Positions 36,644 to 49,229 of a DNA stretch of 64,000 nt are shown one piece after another. A program made the translations under genes and the position numbers. Within the stretch, counting starts at the first letter, position 1. Each line of letters starts with the position of its first letter. This DNA is from Heteronotia binoei (lineage: Eukaryota), in the NCBI RefSeq assembly GCF_032191835.1, contig NC_083237.1:67642001-67706000 (forward strand), written 5' to 3'. The notes under the pieces are model-generated. The model did no database searches. It was not told the origin of the DNA and was given only the letters and a program-made list of their open reading frames with translations.

Positions 36644-38643
36644 GTAAGTGCTGCCTGAGGTTGTTTTCTTCTTGATGCTGCATCTGCGTAACAAGCCTGC
36701 CATTCCCACCCCAGCATTAGGGACAGGAAGCGATGCGCAAGAAAAAGGGGGGAAATTGATTTGAATTTGGAGGTATTCTGGGAACAGAATATTCCTAAAT
36801 GACAGATTCAGTAGTTATTTGTCTATTCCTGAATATATAGCCCTGTTATAACCTATGGAAGTCTATGGCAAAATAGGCTATAACGAATGATGACCGGGGG
36901 ATCCAATTCTAGGGGCATCCAAAGAGGGTGCCCCCATTCCCCATGCTTTTGTATGGTGGGGGAAAGTTGTCAATTTCCTCATGGTGGGAAAATTGGCATC
37001 GGGGAGGAGGGGGTTTCAGGAAGAGGCACCAAATTTGCAGTGTAGCTGCAGGAGCCTTTCCCGCAAGGAACCCCCAAGTTCCAAAAAGAGTGGACCAGGG
37101 GTTCCCATTCTGCGGGACCCAAAGTAGTTGCCCCCCTTCCCCATTGTCTCCTATGATGGGGAAAACTTGCAAACCCAGGCAGCAGTTAGATTCTCCTTGA
37201 GAATCTTTGCAGTGGAAAGTCGACTGTGGTGAGGATGCTTGTTTGTAGGGAGCAGAACAGTGCTACATGCCCAGCAGAACAAGTGCCACACGCCACACAC
37301 ACAGGACCTTAGTTCAAATCTGAGAATCTCTCTGAATGACAAACCTTCCCTGCAAATTTGGAGCCTGTACTTCAAACCCCCTCCCCACAGCCACCATTTA
37401 TTATATCGTGTTTTGCCATGGACTTCAATGGCCCATAGGGCATAATGGAGCCAAATTTTGGAGGCTATTTACAGCTGCTGTATTCAGCGGCTGGATCAGA
37501 TATGGCCCAAACAGCCAGATCAGCTGTTTTTGAGGGGTTGTATTCAGTTTGGCCAAACTGAATGCACACCACTACTAGTTTCTCCCCACTTCATAGTTGT
37601 GACTTTGCTCTTGGTGGGTCGGAGGAGGAACTGGGCCTGTCTGGAAGGCAAACACATCTCATCTTTGGACTGGCTGGACGATGTTTCTGAGCCAAGCTCG
37701 CCCCTGGTACTTTTGCTAGCAATGCTGGAGGGGCATGAAACTCCTGGCAGTCTTTCTTCTTTTGGTGCTCTTGTGTTGCAAGATTGCAAAGGAGCAGTGG
37801 TGGCAGAGGGCAGAAAATGAGCTTGTGTTGGTTTTGGGAAGGGTTGTCTGGACTCTGAAGAGTGATCTCTTGTTCTGGGGGGCACAGATAGAGCCACAGA
37901 CATTCACATGGCTCACGGGATTAGAGGTGTGTCTCCATCCTGTCCTGAGAAGCATGGCTGATGAGGCTCTCCATATCTCCATTTCAACCTTGGTAACGTC
38001 CAGTGCCAGTTCTGTAACAAGCAGGATCTTTGAAGAGCAAGTAGAGCTTGGTCAGACTGAGTGGAAGAGGTGATCTCTCAGACATGTCAGGCCGCACAAG
38101 GCTTTAAAGGTCAGTGCCAATGCCTGGAACTGGATGATGGCCAATGCAAATAGCATTGCGCCAGCCAAAGCTGTGCAGGTTGTGCACATAGTCATACCTG
38201 TAGTCACCGTGAACAGCAATGCCTGTGCCTTCCTTCTATAACTCGCTCTTTTCATAAACTCTTCACCTGCTTCTCAAGTCACAAATGAGGCAGGCGCCTT
38301 CTGTGGCTGACATGTTCTAGCTGGTTATGACGAAACTGTAAATAAAAATCAGGAATGGCTGACTGTTTGAAATAAAACAAGACTCTTTAGAGATTAACCA
38401 CGTTTTATTCCACATCTACTCTTTCTCAGTGTGCTGGTATCTTATAAACGTAATATGTGTCGCTTTTTAAAAGTTTAGTTGTATTCTACCTGTTCCTAAG
38501 TGGAATATATTTCAAACAAGACATTGCTTCTGTAAACAAGACAGGTTTCTGATATTACTTAGAATTTTAAAAAGATAAATCTTTTAACCTGAATAGCAGG
38601 AGGATGAGTCTGCAATGTGATCTTTCTCCTCTTTTTTCCTTAG

Positions 38644-38712
38644 GATACCACAGCTTCACACCCAGTGTTTCAAGATGACCCTTATCTTATTCCTCGAACC
38701 AATACTGAGTTT
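38644..38712 (+). CDS. PTCD3: PTCD3 exon 5
   Basis: DTTASHPVFQDDPYLIPRTNTEF; 69 nt. Confidence 0.95.
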
Positions 38713-40061
38713 GTAAGTAACTTTTTATTGTTGGTTTTGCCAGACACTTAAGAATATTTAGCACTTTGAGCCTCAGCGCCCTGATTAAGACATCTCCAGT
38801 TTTTTTCAGACTGACAGTTACACAACCATTGCAGTCAAGGTGGGCTATTAAAAGCCAGTTTCATGTTGAATTTGCCTATTCATTAAATTTTGCTAAGAGC
38901 TCCTTCACGTACACATACCTGTAGTCACCGTGAACAGCGATGCCTGTGCCTTCCTTCTATGTTCCTTATGTGCAGCGTAACACATGTGGATTTTCATGTA
39001 TTGAGTTGCTTTTAAAGCCTTACATGGTCTGGGACCAACATGCCTCAGGGATTGCCTTTCCCCACATATGCCCCAGAGGTCGTTGAGATTGGCTACACAA
39101 CACCTCCTGACCACTGCTGGCCCTATGGACGTCCGACTTGCCTCAACCAGAGGCAGGGCCTTTTCAACCCTGGCCCCTGCCTGGTGGAATCAACTCCCTG
39201 TGGAGATCCGGGCCCTACCTGAACTACTGCCATTTCGTAGGGCCTGCAAGATGGAGCTGTTCTGCTGGGCCTATGGTTGAGGCAGCGGGCGTCCTATTAG
39301 TCCATCATTTGGCCTCCCTTGTGGTGACATCGTGCTTTATTACAGTGCTGTCCTATGGTTATTACCATCGTTTAAGGTGGGTCTACAACTGGTTATTGAT
39401 ATGCTGTGCCCTGTCCACCAGTGGTGCGTTTTATTTATTGTTTTTACTGTTAATTTTAATTTGGTGTTTGAACTTTGATATGTAGGTTTTTATTGTTATT
39501 TTTATATGTTGTGATCCGCCTTGAGCCCGTTTACGGCGGAATATAAGCCTACTAAAATAAATAAATAAATAAATTTTTCTAACCCCTGGTACATAGATTA
39601 AGCAGCCAGTTTTGTGCCACACTTTCAGTGGCACAGTAGAAAACATAATGTGTATTTTGGTAATACTCAGACATCTGTGAAATAGCTCAGTTTGTTGCTC
39701 TTATGTGACAGCTTTCTGCAAACTCCCTGAATATTGATGACCCCCCCCCAAATCCTCAGTTCCTTCTGCATTCCACACACTGCTGAAGATTCTTCTTAGT
39801 GGCAGCATCTGTCTCAAGAAATGCTTTGAGTTGGATGACTGAGAGTTCTATGGCAATTTTAGTGGGAATCATTCTTAAATAATAGAAATTATGAAGAATA
39901 TTTATGCAAGCTGTAAAATGAAACCTTGTTTTAACATTTATTAGCGTTAGGCTAATAAAGGAAGATGTGTTTGATTCGCTCAATAGTTCTCTGAGTGTGG
40001 GATCATAGTCTTATGTTAACTGTTTTTAGTAAAGTAAGTAATACAAATATTCTTTTTGTAG

Positions 40062-40166
40062 CGTTTGTTTTCCATGTCAAAAGAGTCTGGGAAAAATGCA
40101 GCCAGATTTATAGTTAACACACATCCTACGCTTTTTGAGAAAGACATCGCTGAACCTTCAATACTG
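40062..40166 (+). CDS. PTCD3: PTCD3 exon 6
   Basis: RLFSMSKESGKNAARFIVNTHPTLFEKDIAEPSIL; 105 nt. Confidence 0.95.
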
Positions 40167-41269
40167 GTAAACTTTGGTTTTATTCTTCTATTTATGTGTT
40201 ATTTTATTTGAAACATGTTTTAGCCGCTTTTAACATCATCCGAACTGAAGGTGGCTTACAATGTAAATAGCAATAATATACAGTAAAATACATAGAAACC
40301 TTTACTTAAAAACAATGATTTGAAACTGCTAGTAGGCAGAAGAACTATTCAAGGTTTGGCTGCCTTCTAAAGGTCGGGAGTGTGAAAAAAACACACCACC
40401 ATTCCTGCCAAGCCCTCCCCCCCCCCCCCCCCGGCAGGAGCCAGTGGCTGGAGCCCAGTATAGGAGGGAACTCAGTGGACAGAACAGCAGTGTGATCTTT
40501 CTAGCCCGAAGGTGTTAGAGAGAGCAGGAAGAAGAGTGGATGGGATTGGAGCCAAATCTCATTGATTGGGTGAGGAGGGGTTGAGAGAGAAATCGAGGGG
40601 GGGGGGCTTTGTCCTCTTTGCAGCCCGATAGAATAACAAACTGAGTTATATTGTTGCCATTTTGTGAACTCATATTTCAGAGAAAAAAGAATGCAGGCAT
40701 CAGCTTGGGTCACCTCTAAACCTTTGGCAGAGCCCCCTACATGGCAAGCAGCAGTGAACAGAGATGCGGGTGGAGGGGTTCCTTCCCACGCCCATTCCCT
40801 TTTTTCTTCCTTGGAAGGAAATTATATGAGTCGCTGCACTGAGGTTCTCCCCGGGCCTCCTGAATTTGATTGCTGCACACCTTTTGCGTGGGTGAGGCCC
40901 CATTAAAAATGCATGAGAAGAATGCCTTGTCCTCCTGGAGGGGTCTCAGCAACATCCAGCAGTTCTGTCTGAGGTCTTGTTTGCTCGCTTCCTAGAGGAG
41001 CCAACTGGCAGGCTAGGTGGGGTTGGAAGAAACATTTTCATCTGTGTTGTATAAGAAAAATATAGCTAAGTTCTCACAGGATCTGCTGACACAAACGTTC
41101 AGAGAATTGAAGTTTTCCACTTGTAAAGCTTTTGGTCTCAACAAAGAATGCGGTAAAGCCACCTACTTTAATAAAGAGCTGCGTGTGTATGTAGATACAC
41201 ATGTATGTGGAAATGTTGGCTTGCCTTAGAGAACTGACAGTCGTTGCCTGCTGTTCCTCTGACTTTTAG

Positions 41270-41393
41270 TGTCTAATGCCCGAGAATTTGAACTTGCAAC
41301 TTGAAGAAGTGTCTGAGGCTGCCCTTCAAGAACGGATCCGGCTCAGAAAAGTGCAAGCTTCTGTGGACATGTACGATCAGCTCCGGCAAGCAG
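41270..41393 (+). CDS. PTCD3: PTCD3 exon 7
   Basis: [41 protein letters not shown]; 124 nt. Confidence 0.96.
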
Positions 41394-42214
41394 GTATCCG
41401 CTGAACTGGGCCTAAGAGCTGCCTCTTGGGCGGCAGAATGACTTTTTCGGGAAACTCCTTTGAAAACACCAAGACAAGTTAAACGCGAATTCAGATGCGA
41501 GCAGCCTGCCTCATTAAGGCCGCAAGAGGCCAGCTCTCTTGAAGGGCTGTTGAATGAGGGAACAAACCGGCTGTGGCCAGCTGGGCAGGGGGTCCCACCT
41601 GAGTAGTGCTTGTGGTGCAGTGTGTGTGTTTTGTTATGGAGTGTAATTTCTTTGCTCTTTGTTGGGAAAATGAGATGAAGCCATGTCCCTCAGGGTGATT
41701 CAGTGGGCTAGACTGGAGTTCAGTAGTGCCTTGAAGACCAGCAGCGTTTTCAAGGGGGGGAGAAGTCTTGAGCATCAAAGCTCTGTTTGTTAGATGCAAA
41801 GCGTTCCCTGTGGGGTGAAGAGAGCCTGGGCTTTTAGGTGGTCCTGGGCGTGAATCTTGCTCCTTTACTGCAGCCCAGCCCTCCCGCCGAAACCACCCAG
41901 GATCCAGAAGGTGGGTTCCAGCCCTGACAGAAAAGGGCACGAGCTCTGAGCTTGTGGAGGGTTGGATCCCTTGGCTCAGCTCTGCCCCAGGACTCTTCTG
42001 CTGCCATGGGGACCCTTGTTTTGGTATGTCTTTGGGGGGGGGGGTTGCGCCTGGCAGTTCTGGCAACCCCTCCTGGGCATGGAGGGCATTCAGCGAAGGG
42101 GCTTGCCAAGCCTGCCCCTGCCTCCCGATTGCTGGTGCCGTACTTGCCAGGGGGGAGCTGGCTTAACTTCCGAGCCTGGCTTGGGCTTGTATCCCGGTCA
42201 GGGTTGCCATCGTG

Positions 42215-43050
42215 ACTGTTGAGACCCAGGCAGGCTCAGCTTCGCCTCAGGAGCAGAACTGTGCCGCCACCATTTTGGATAGCTCCCCTCTAACCATGAT
42301 CTCCAAGTTTTTAAAGTGAAGGTTACTGCGAAAGCCTCTTTTTCCCATACCGACCAATTTCTCTGTGAATTTCTTGGATATGTATGCACAGGGTTTTAAT
42401 GCCACCTCCTCCTCAGATTGCATCATAATTGCCTCCACAGCAACGTAGCTGGCGTCACATTGTACCATGAAAAGTTTTAACTCATAAGAACATAAGAACA
42501 TAAGAGAAGCCATGTTAGATCAGGCCAAAGGCCCATCCAGTCCAACATTCTGTGTCACACAGCGGCCAAATATATATATATATTGCTGTTAGCTCGTTGG
42601 GGTGAATTAAAATAGGTTTGCTAGTGAATAGTCTTTTCAATTTATTGAATGCCTCTTGGCATCTGGCCGTCCATTCTAACTTAGCTCCCAGCTGTTTTGC
42701 CTCTGGGGCCTTCCCTTTCGTTTTCAGGAGGTCTGTTAAGGGGAGCATGGCGTGTATGAACCCCTGTATAAAATTACAATAAAAATTCGCGAATCCGATG
42801 AAAGATTGGAGCTGTCTACGTGTCCTTGGGGGTTCCCAATCTATCACGACTTGGATTTTAGCCGGGTCCATTGCTAGCCTTCTCCCAGACACTCGGTATT
42901 CTAAGTAGTCCAGTTGTATTTTATGGAACTCACACTTGAACAATTTGGAATATAGTTGATTTTCATAGAGGGTTTTCAGAACTTCTCTGACTAATTTCAC
43001 ATGGGATTGTGCGTCTTGCGGATAAATAATTATATCATCCAGGTACACTA
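42215..43050 (-). mobile_element. Gypsy RT-RNase H remnant (left part)
   Basis: VYLDDIIIY...KCEF...LQSFIGFANFY; VQCDAS...EKEAFAV. Interrupted by a CR1 tail at about 42483-42580. Confidence 0.9.
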
Positions 43051-46000
43051 CGCAGAGACGCAGAGCGGCTTACAAAGGTGCGTCACAAAGATGGCGGCGG
43101 CGGTGGTAGCCTAGACGCTAGGGCTCCCGCCGATACCAAACTTAACTCAAGGATTAACAACTTTAACTTGACTTGACTACAACGACTAAAATAACAATAA
43201 AGAAACCAACAACTTAAAGGCTAATAACGAACGAACGTGGAACCCACCGGTGATTAGCGGAGGCAGAGACTGGGTTGGCGTTGGTGTCGAGGTGGAGGAA
43301 AGACGCGCTCGCGGGCTGCCCGGCGAGGAGAGCTTGGTGAGACTGCGGGCTACAGACGGAACGGAGCTACGGACGGTGGGTTTGTGGAGGCTGGAGGTTT
43401 TGGGAGGTAGGAGGCTGCTGTGGCACAGAGGCAGGAGCGGCCCGGCTAGAACGCCGAGGACGAGCTGTGGGCGTCGGCCGAGAGCAACGACGAGCGGAGG
43501 CGAGGAGACGACGGCGAGGCTGGGCGAGAGAAGAACGCGGAGGTTCGTCCCTAGGGCGTTTTCGATCTTCGCCTTCATTCCCCTTGCCTGTTCCGGGGCT
43601 TTGGACGTCCTGACTCTCGCCCCCCTCTCGCCCCCTCGCTTCCCCGTGCTCTTTACTCCTGCTCCCTTCACCTTCGCCCGCCTTCCCCTCCACTGCCCCA
43701 CTCCCACCGGCGGACGTGGTCTGAAGCGGCGGATCCAACGACTTGGCTATTCCCCAGCGGAGAGGCCCTGTGCGGGGCCCAGGGGGAACCCAAGAGCCTG
43801 CCGGCCACGAGAAACTCGAGGAAAGGAATATGCCCAACTACCGACTGCGTTGGTATTTGCACTCTGCCAACATTCTATCAACCGCACCTTACCAACTGCA
43901 CTTATTAACTGCACTGACTTCTGCACTTTATCAACACCTAAGACTGAATACGATTTTAACTCCTACAACCCATAGACAATATATACTGCCACCCCCAAGG
44001 ACTAGAACTTGAGCTAAATGACGGCTAGCTGCTAATGGAATTTTACTAAAGATATTTATTAATTAATTTATTGGATTTTAGCCAAATAATTAGTGTCTGA
44101 TTTCTATAATATATTTATATATATTAATTTATATGTATTTATATTTATAATTTTAGCACATCAATTAGTAGGGGGGAGGGAAGGTTTGTTTATTAATGGT
44201 GCTGAAATTGATCAATTTAATATTATACTAATTAATTGGAAGGAAATTGAGTGGATTACTAAATTAATTATTTATGATAATTGGTTAACTAGCAGCAAGC
44301 ATTGGAAGAACAGATAGGGGAGGATAGACTGAAAGCCAGGTGAGGATAACTGAGAATAACTGTGAGGAGTATACTGCGAGGCCACTCCAAGTGAGTGTAG
44401 ATGTTGGCCCAGGGGATTCCAGTGCTCCTGGGGAGGGGAAGATATGACGGTGGGAATAGACAATTATATAAGGGAAGGAGACAGAGACAAATCAGTGCTC
44501 GGCCACCTTCCAGTCTATTACCCATCCCAACGGTGGCAGGTAGTGGGCCTAAGAGGAAATGCTCGTCTCCGTCACTGGTGTTATGCAACGCCAGGTCCAT
44601 TAATAATAAGACCTCGACCCTTAAGGAGTTTTTGCTCCGGCAGGACGTGGACCTGGCTTGCGTGACCGAGACCTGGGTGCGGGACGGAGAGACAGTAGCT
44701 CTCTCCCAGATGACCCCCCCCGGCTACTCGGTCTTTCACCAGTCACGGAGTAACGGGCGGGGGGGAGGAGTGGCATTATTCATACGGGAGGCTTACTCCT
44801 TTCGGGCTCTCCCGGTCCCAAAGATCGATGGCATTGAGTGTGTCGGTCTGTGGTGGGATGTTGGAGGGGGGTTGGCGATCTGGCTGGTGTACCGTCCGCC
44901 TAACGCACCAGCCAGCGCCTTACCATCACTATTGGAGGCAGTGGCGGGCTGGGCATTGGAGAGCCCAGGGCTTATAGTCCTTGGTGACTTTAATGTCCAT
45001 GCCGATGACACGGCCTCCACTCAGGCGATGGACCTAGTGTCTTCCATGGCGACACTAGGACTCTCTCAACTTGTCACAACACCCACGCATCAGGCCGGGC
45101 ACACACTGGACTTGATCTTTGCGTCTGGGATTTTGGTGAACGATATCGCAGATGAAGCGGTCCCATGGTCGGATCACCTAGCCCTTAAGGCCCGTATGGA
45201 GATGCCGCCCCAACCCTGTATGGGCGGAGAGCCTATTTTGGCTCGCCCTCGGGGCCTGATGGACCCGGAACGGTTCCAAATGGCCCTGAGGGATCCCTGG
45301 CCCACTGGCGATTCCCTCGATGACCTGGTGGAAGTCTGGCAAGATCAGCTATCCGGGGCCATCGACGAAATCGCACCCCGGCGTCCTCTGCGCCCTCGTA
45401 TGAAGCTGGCTCCATGGTACACCTTGGAGTTACGCCAGCTGAAGCAAGGGCTCAGACGACTAGAGAGGCGGTGGAGGCATACTCGGGACGAAGTGACGAG
45501 AACATCCTATAGAACGTTTATGAAGTCATATGAGATGGCAGTCAAGACTGCAAAGAAACAATACTTTGCAGCCAAGATTGCATCTGCAAATTCGCGCCCA
45601 GCACAATTATTTAGGGTAATTGGAGACCTTATAACATTGCCACAAGGCAAACCAAACGTTAGAGAATTGGAGATAGGCTGTGAGGCATTTGCGAAATATT
45701 TTGCAGATAAAATCTCGTCACTCCGCCAAGACCTACCTATCACATTAGATACAGTAAGTCAGACTGAGGCTCCGCGCCTGTCTTTGGATTTATCGCTGGA
45801 CCACTTCGACCCACTCAGCCTGGAAGAAGTTGATGGAATTCTCTCCGCTGCTCGCCCAACAACATGCGATCTGGACCCTTGCCCCTCCTGGCTGATTAAA
45901 TCTTGCCAGAGGGAGCTTAGATGTCCTTTACGGGACATCATAAATAGATCCCTCCTAGAGGGGCGTTTTCCAACGCCGCTGAAAGAGGCCTTGGTCCGCC

Positions 46001-47643
46001 CCCTCTTGAAAAAAACCAACAGCAGACCCGGCCGAATTGGCGAACTACCGACCGGTGTCTAATTTACCATTCCTAGGTAAAATTATCGAGAGGGCAGTGG
46101 CGCTGCAGCTACAGAGATTTCTAGATGACGCTTCTGTCCTAGACCCGTGCCAGTCTGGCTTCCGACCGGGCCACGGGACGGAGACGGTCTTGGTCGCCTT
46201 GGCAGATGATCTCCAACGGCAACTGGATCGAGGCGGTGTAGCAGTGCTGATGTTATTAGATCTGTCGGCTGCATTTGACACGGTCGACCATCGGCTACTG
46301 ATCCACCGCCTCGCCGACATTGGGGTTAAGGGGTCTGCTTTACAATGGCTCTCCTCTTTCCTCATGGGTCGGGGACAAAGGGTGGCGATCGGGGGTGAAC
46401 GATCCCAGAGGCGCACACTAGACTGTGGGGTGCCTCAGGGAGCAGTCCTCTCCCCGATGTTATTTAACATCTATATGCGCCCCCTTGCCCAGATTGCCAG
46501 GAGGTTTGGGCTGGGTTGCCATCAATATGCAGATGACACCCAGCTCTATCTGCTAATGGACGGCCGGCCCGCCTCCCCCCCGGAAGACCTGGACCGGGCG
46601 TTACAGGCTATTGCAACGTGGCTTAGGCTGAGTGGGCTGAAGTTGAATCCGGCAAAGACAGAGGTTCTCTGTGTGGGTCGCGGCGCTCCAGGGGGGGAAA
46701 TATCTCTCCCGACCTTCGATGGTGTGCAGCTAAAGGCGGCGCAGCAGGTGAAGAGTCTGGGTGTCTTGCTGGAGCCTTCATTATCAATGGAGGCCCAGAT
46801 AACAGCAACTGCCAAGTCAGCATTCTTCCATCTGAGGCGGGCAAAGCAGTTGGCCCCTTTTCTGGAGCGTCGGGACCTAGCAACGGTGATCCATGCGACG
46901 GTCACCTCACGATTGGACTACTGTAACGCCCTCTACATGGGGCTGCCTCTGTGCCGGACCCGGAAGTTGCAGCTAGTGCAGAACGCGGCGGCCAGGCTAC
47001 TGCTCGGTCTCCCAAGATGGGAGCACGTACGGCCGGGGCTACGCGAACTGCACTGGTTGCCGATTGTATACCGGGTCCAGTACAAAGTGCTGGTTATCAC
47101 CTTTAAAGCCCTATATGGCCGAGGACCAGCCTACCTGAAGGACCGTCTCTCCCCGTATGAACCCCAGAGAGCACTGAGGTCAATAGGAAAGAACAGACTG
47201 ACTACCCCTGGGCCAAGACAAATTAAACTACAGAATACCCGCTCTCGGGCCTTCTCGGCCGCAGCCCCACATCTCTGGAACCAACTCCCAGAGGAGGTGC
47301 GGGCCCTGCGGAACCTTGCTCAGTTCCGCAGGGCCTGCAAGACCACCCTTTTTAAATTAGCTTTTATGAATGATTGAAGTATAAATCAACAACAAAGAAA
47401 ATCCGCCATCAGTACTAATCAGATAGCGTCAATGATAGTATTATACTTGTTTTAGTTAATTGATTTAATGGGTTTTAAGGTTAATTAATGCTTAATTTTA
47501 ATGTTTATAACGTAACTGTTCATAATGTAACTGTTTTATTGCTTGGTGCACCATTGGTCACCGCACTGTTAGCCGCCCTGAGCCTGCTTCGGCAGGGGAG
47601 GGCGGGGTACAAATAAAATTTATTATTATATTATTATTATTAT
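43051..47643 (+). mobile_element. Apparently full-length L2 LINE
   Basis: Bounded on both sides by the interrupted Gypsy RT. Contains a 1.35-kb 5' region, APE-RT coding region, 3' stem-loop and (TTA)n tail. Confidence 0.88.
44401..47377 (+). CDS. L2 ORF2 (APE endonuclease plus reverse transcriptase), one +1 frameshift in A7 at 46009-46015
   Basis: CNARSINNK, VTETW, LGDFNVH, GHTLDLIF, SDH; YRPVSNL, LDLSAAFDTVDH, GVPQG, YADD. Removing one A restores KKPTADPAELANYRPVSN. Confidence 0.9.
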
Positions 47644-47700
47644 TACTACCTCTTTGTACAGGTACTTGCGCAGAACTTCATTTATAAAGTTACACCTTTA
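47644..47700 (-). mobile_element. Gypsy RT remnant (right part, continuation across the L2)
   Basis: Reverse strand FINEVLRKYLYKEVV joins in frame to VYLDD at 43050. Confidence 0.8.
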
Positions 47701-47795
47701 GCCATGAGTCATCAAGAGATGAAAACGTGCATGTGAACTACGTGTAAGTGTAGAATACGTCTAAATCAATGTGTTGTTGGTTTTACTGACTTTAG

Positions 47796-47914
47796 GAATG
47801 ACTGTATCTCTGGAGACATCGAACAGCCTTCTGGATCTCTTGTGCTTTTATGGAGACCAGGAACCTGGCCAGGCAACCCATTCTGCAGACAACGGGGGCG
47901 GCTTAGAAGAACAG
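47796..47914 (+). CDS. PTCD3: PTCD3 exon 8
   Basis: [25 protein letters not shown]...LEEQ; 119 nt. Confidence 0.95.
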
Positions 47915-48744
47915 GTGAGAAATAATAGATGGATGGGCATTGCTTCACTTTTGCTGTTGGAAAGCAGACTTCCAAGAGGGTCAGGATATTTTAAAAATCA
48001 TTATGATTTCCTGTATCATAATTACCTCAGAAACAGAATCTTTGGTAGGTTCGAGCGGGGCTGCTTCCCTTTCCAGAGCTGACATTCCTGTTTTCCCCTT
48101 GCCCCAACACCCTATAGGAAAGAGCCCCTGGAAACCACCTCTTTGGTTCCTCTGGGTGCTGCTGGCGCTTCCAGTTCTGAGCCCATCAACTTTATGGGGG
48201 TCCCCAGAGTTTCTGTCACTGGGGAAACGGAGACAAAGTGTTCGCTCTCTCCCCACCCTCCCCACACCATGTATCACTTTATAAATCTCTATCCTGCCAC
48301 CCTACAGTTATCTTTTTTTCCTAAACTGAAAAGTCCCAGCCCTTTGATCTTTCCTCGTAGGAAGACACTCCAGTGGTTACTGTCTTGCACACTTTATATT
48401 TTTAGAGTTGAGGCAAGCAGAACTGTACAGAGGGTTCCAAATACAGCCAAGCATTTAGATCTTTACAAATACCGAGACTTCCTTCCTGGACGGTCACCTC
48501 TAGGTCAGGCTCCATCAGGGCATCTGTGAGGTTGGGATTTTTTGCCTCACTTTGTCTCATGGAGCTTTGCTTGCTGTGCTTTACCTGCCCACCCCCACCC
48601 CCCCGCAAGTCTGGAGGGTTCCTCTGGGAGCTCTTAACCATCTGTTTGGGTTTTCATTACCCTGAAAAAGTGGTGTTCCCAATGTCAGGGAAATTACAGA
48701 CAAATAACAACACCAGAGTGATACTCAAAATCTTCTTTTTGCAG

Positions 48745-48818
48745 GAGGAAGGTGTGGAAGTCCGAAAGCAGAGAGGCAGGACGTGGCGCCCTTCTGAGAC
48801 CTCTTGTGTGAAGTGGAG
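48745..48818 (+). CDS. PTCD3: PTCD3 exon 9
   Basis: EEGVEVRKQRGRTWRPSETSCVKW(R); strong pyrimidine tract. Phase 0 to phase 2 is exactly what exons 8 and 10 require; sequence is poorly conserved. Confidence 0.8.
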
Positions 48819-49229
48819 GTATATATGTGGTCCCAAGAGTGCCTTGAGACATAGTTAGAGGTCCTGTATGAGGGAATCCGTCAAGAGTACTGTGATCCAA
48901 CACAACTGAAAACATACCTGCCCCGTCTCCCACATGGCATCCCTTGAAGTTCTGGCAGGTGGCAATCGTATCTTCTCATAAACAGCCTCTTCTCGTAGGG
49001 CATGGTCTCCAGCCTCTCACCAGCTTGTCACCCTGTGCTGGACTCCTTCTCCTTCCTAAACTCTGGTGCCTCAGATAGAACGCAGCATTCCAGGTGAGGT
49101 CTGACCAAAGCACTGTGCAGCGGCACCAATACTTGGCATGACTTTGGCACTGTGTGTTTAGTGCTGTCAAGTCACTTCTGAAATGGGGACTCTGTGGATT
49201 AAATCATGTCCTCCTCACCATCCAGTTGC

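Noticed and set aside
41394-41402. U12-type intron suggested by donor GTATCCGC in PTCD3 intron 7
   Set aside because: Positions +7/+8 do not match GTATCCTT, and there is no TCCTTAAC-like branch site before 47796 (TACTGAC is U2-like). A converted U12 intron cannot be excluded without orthologues.
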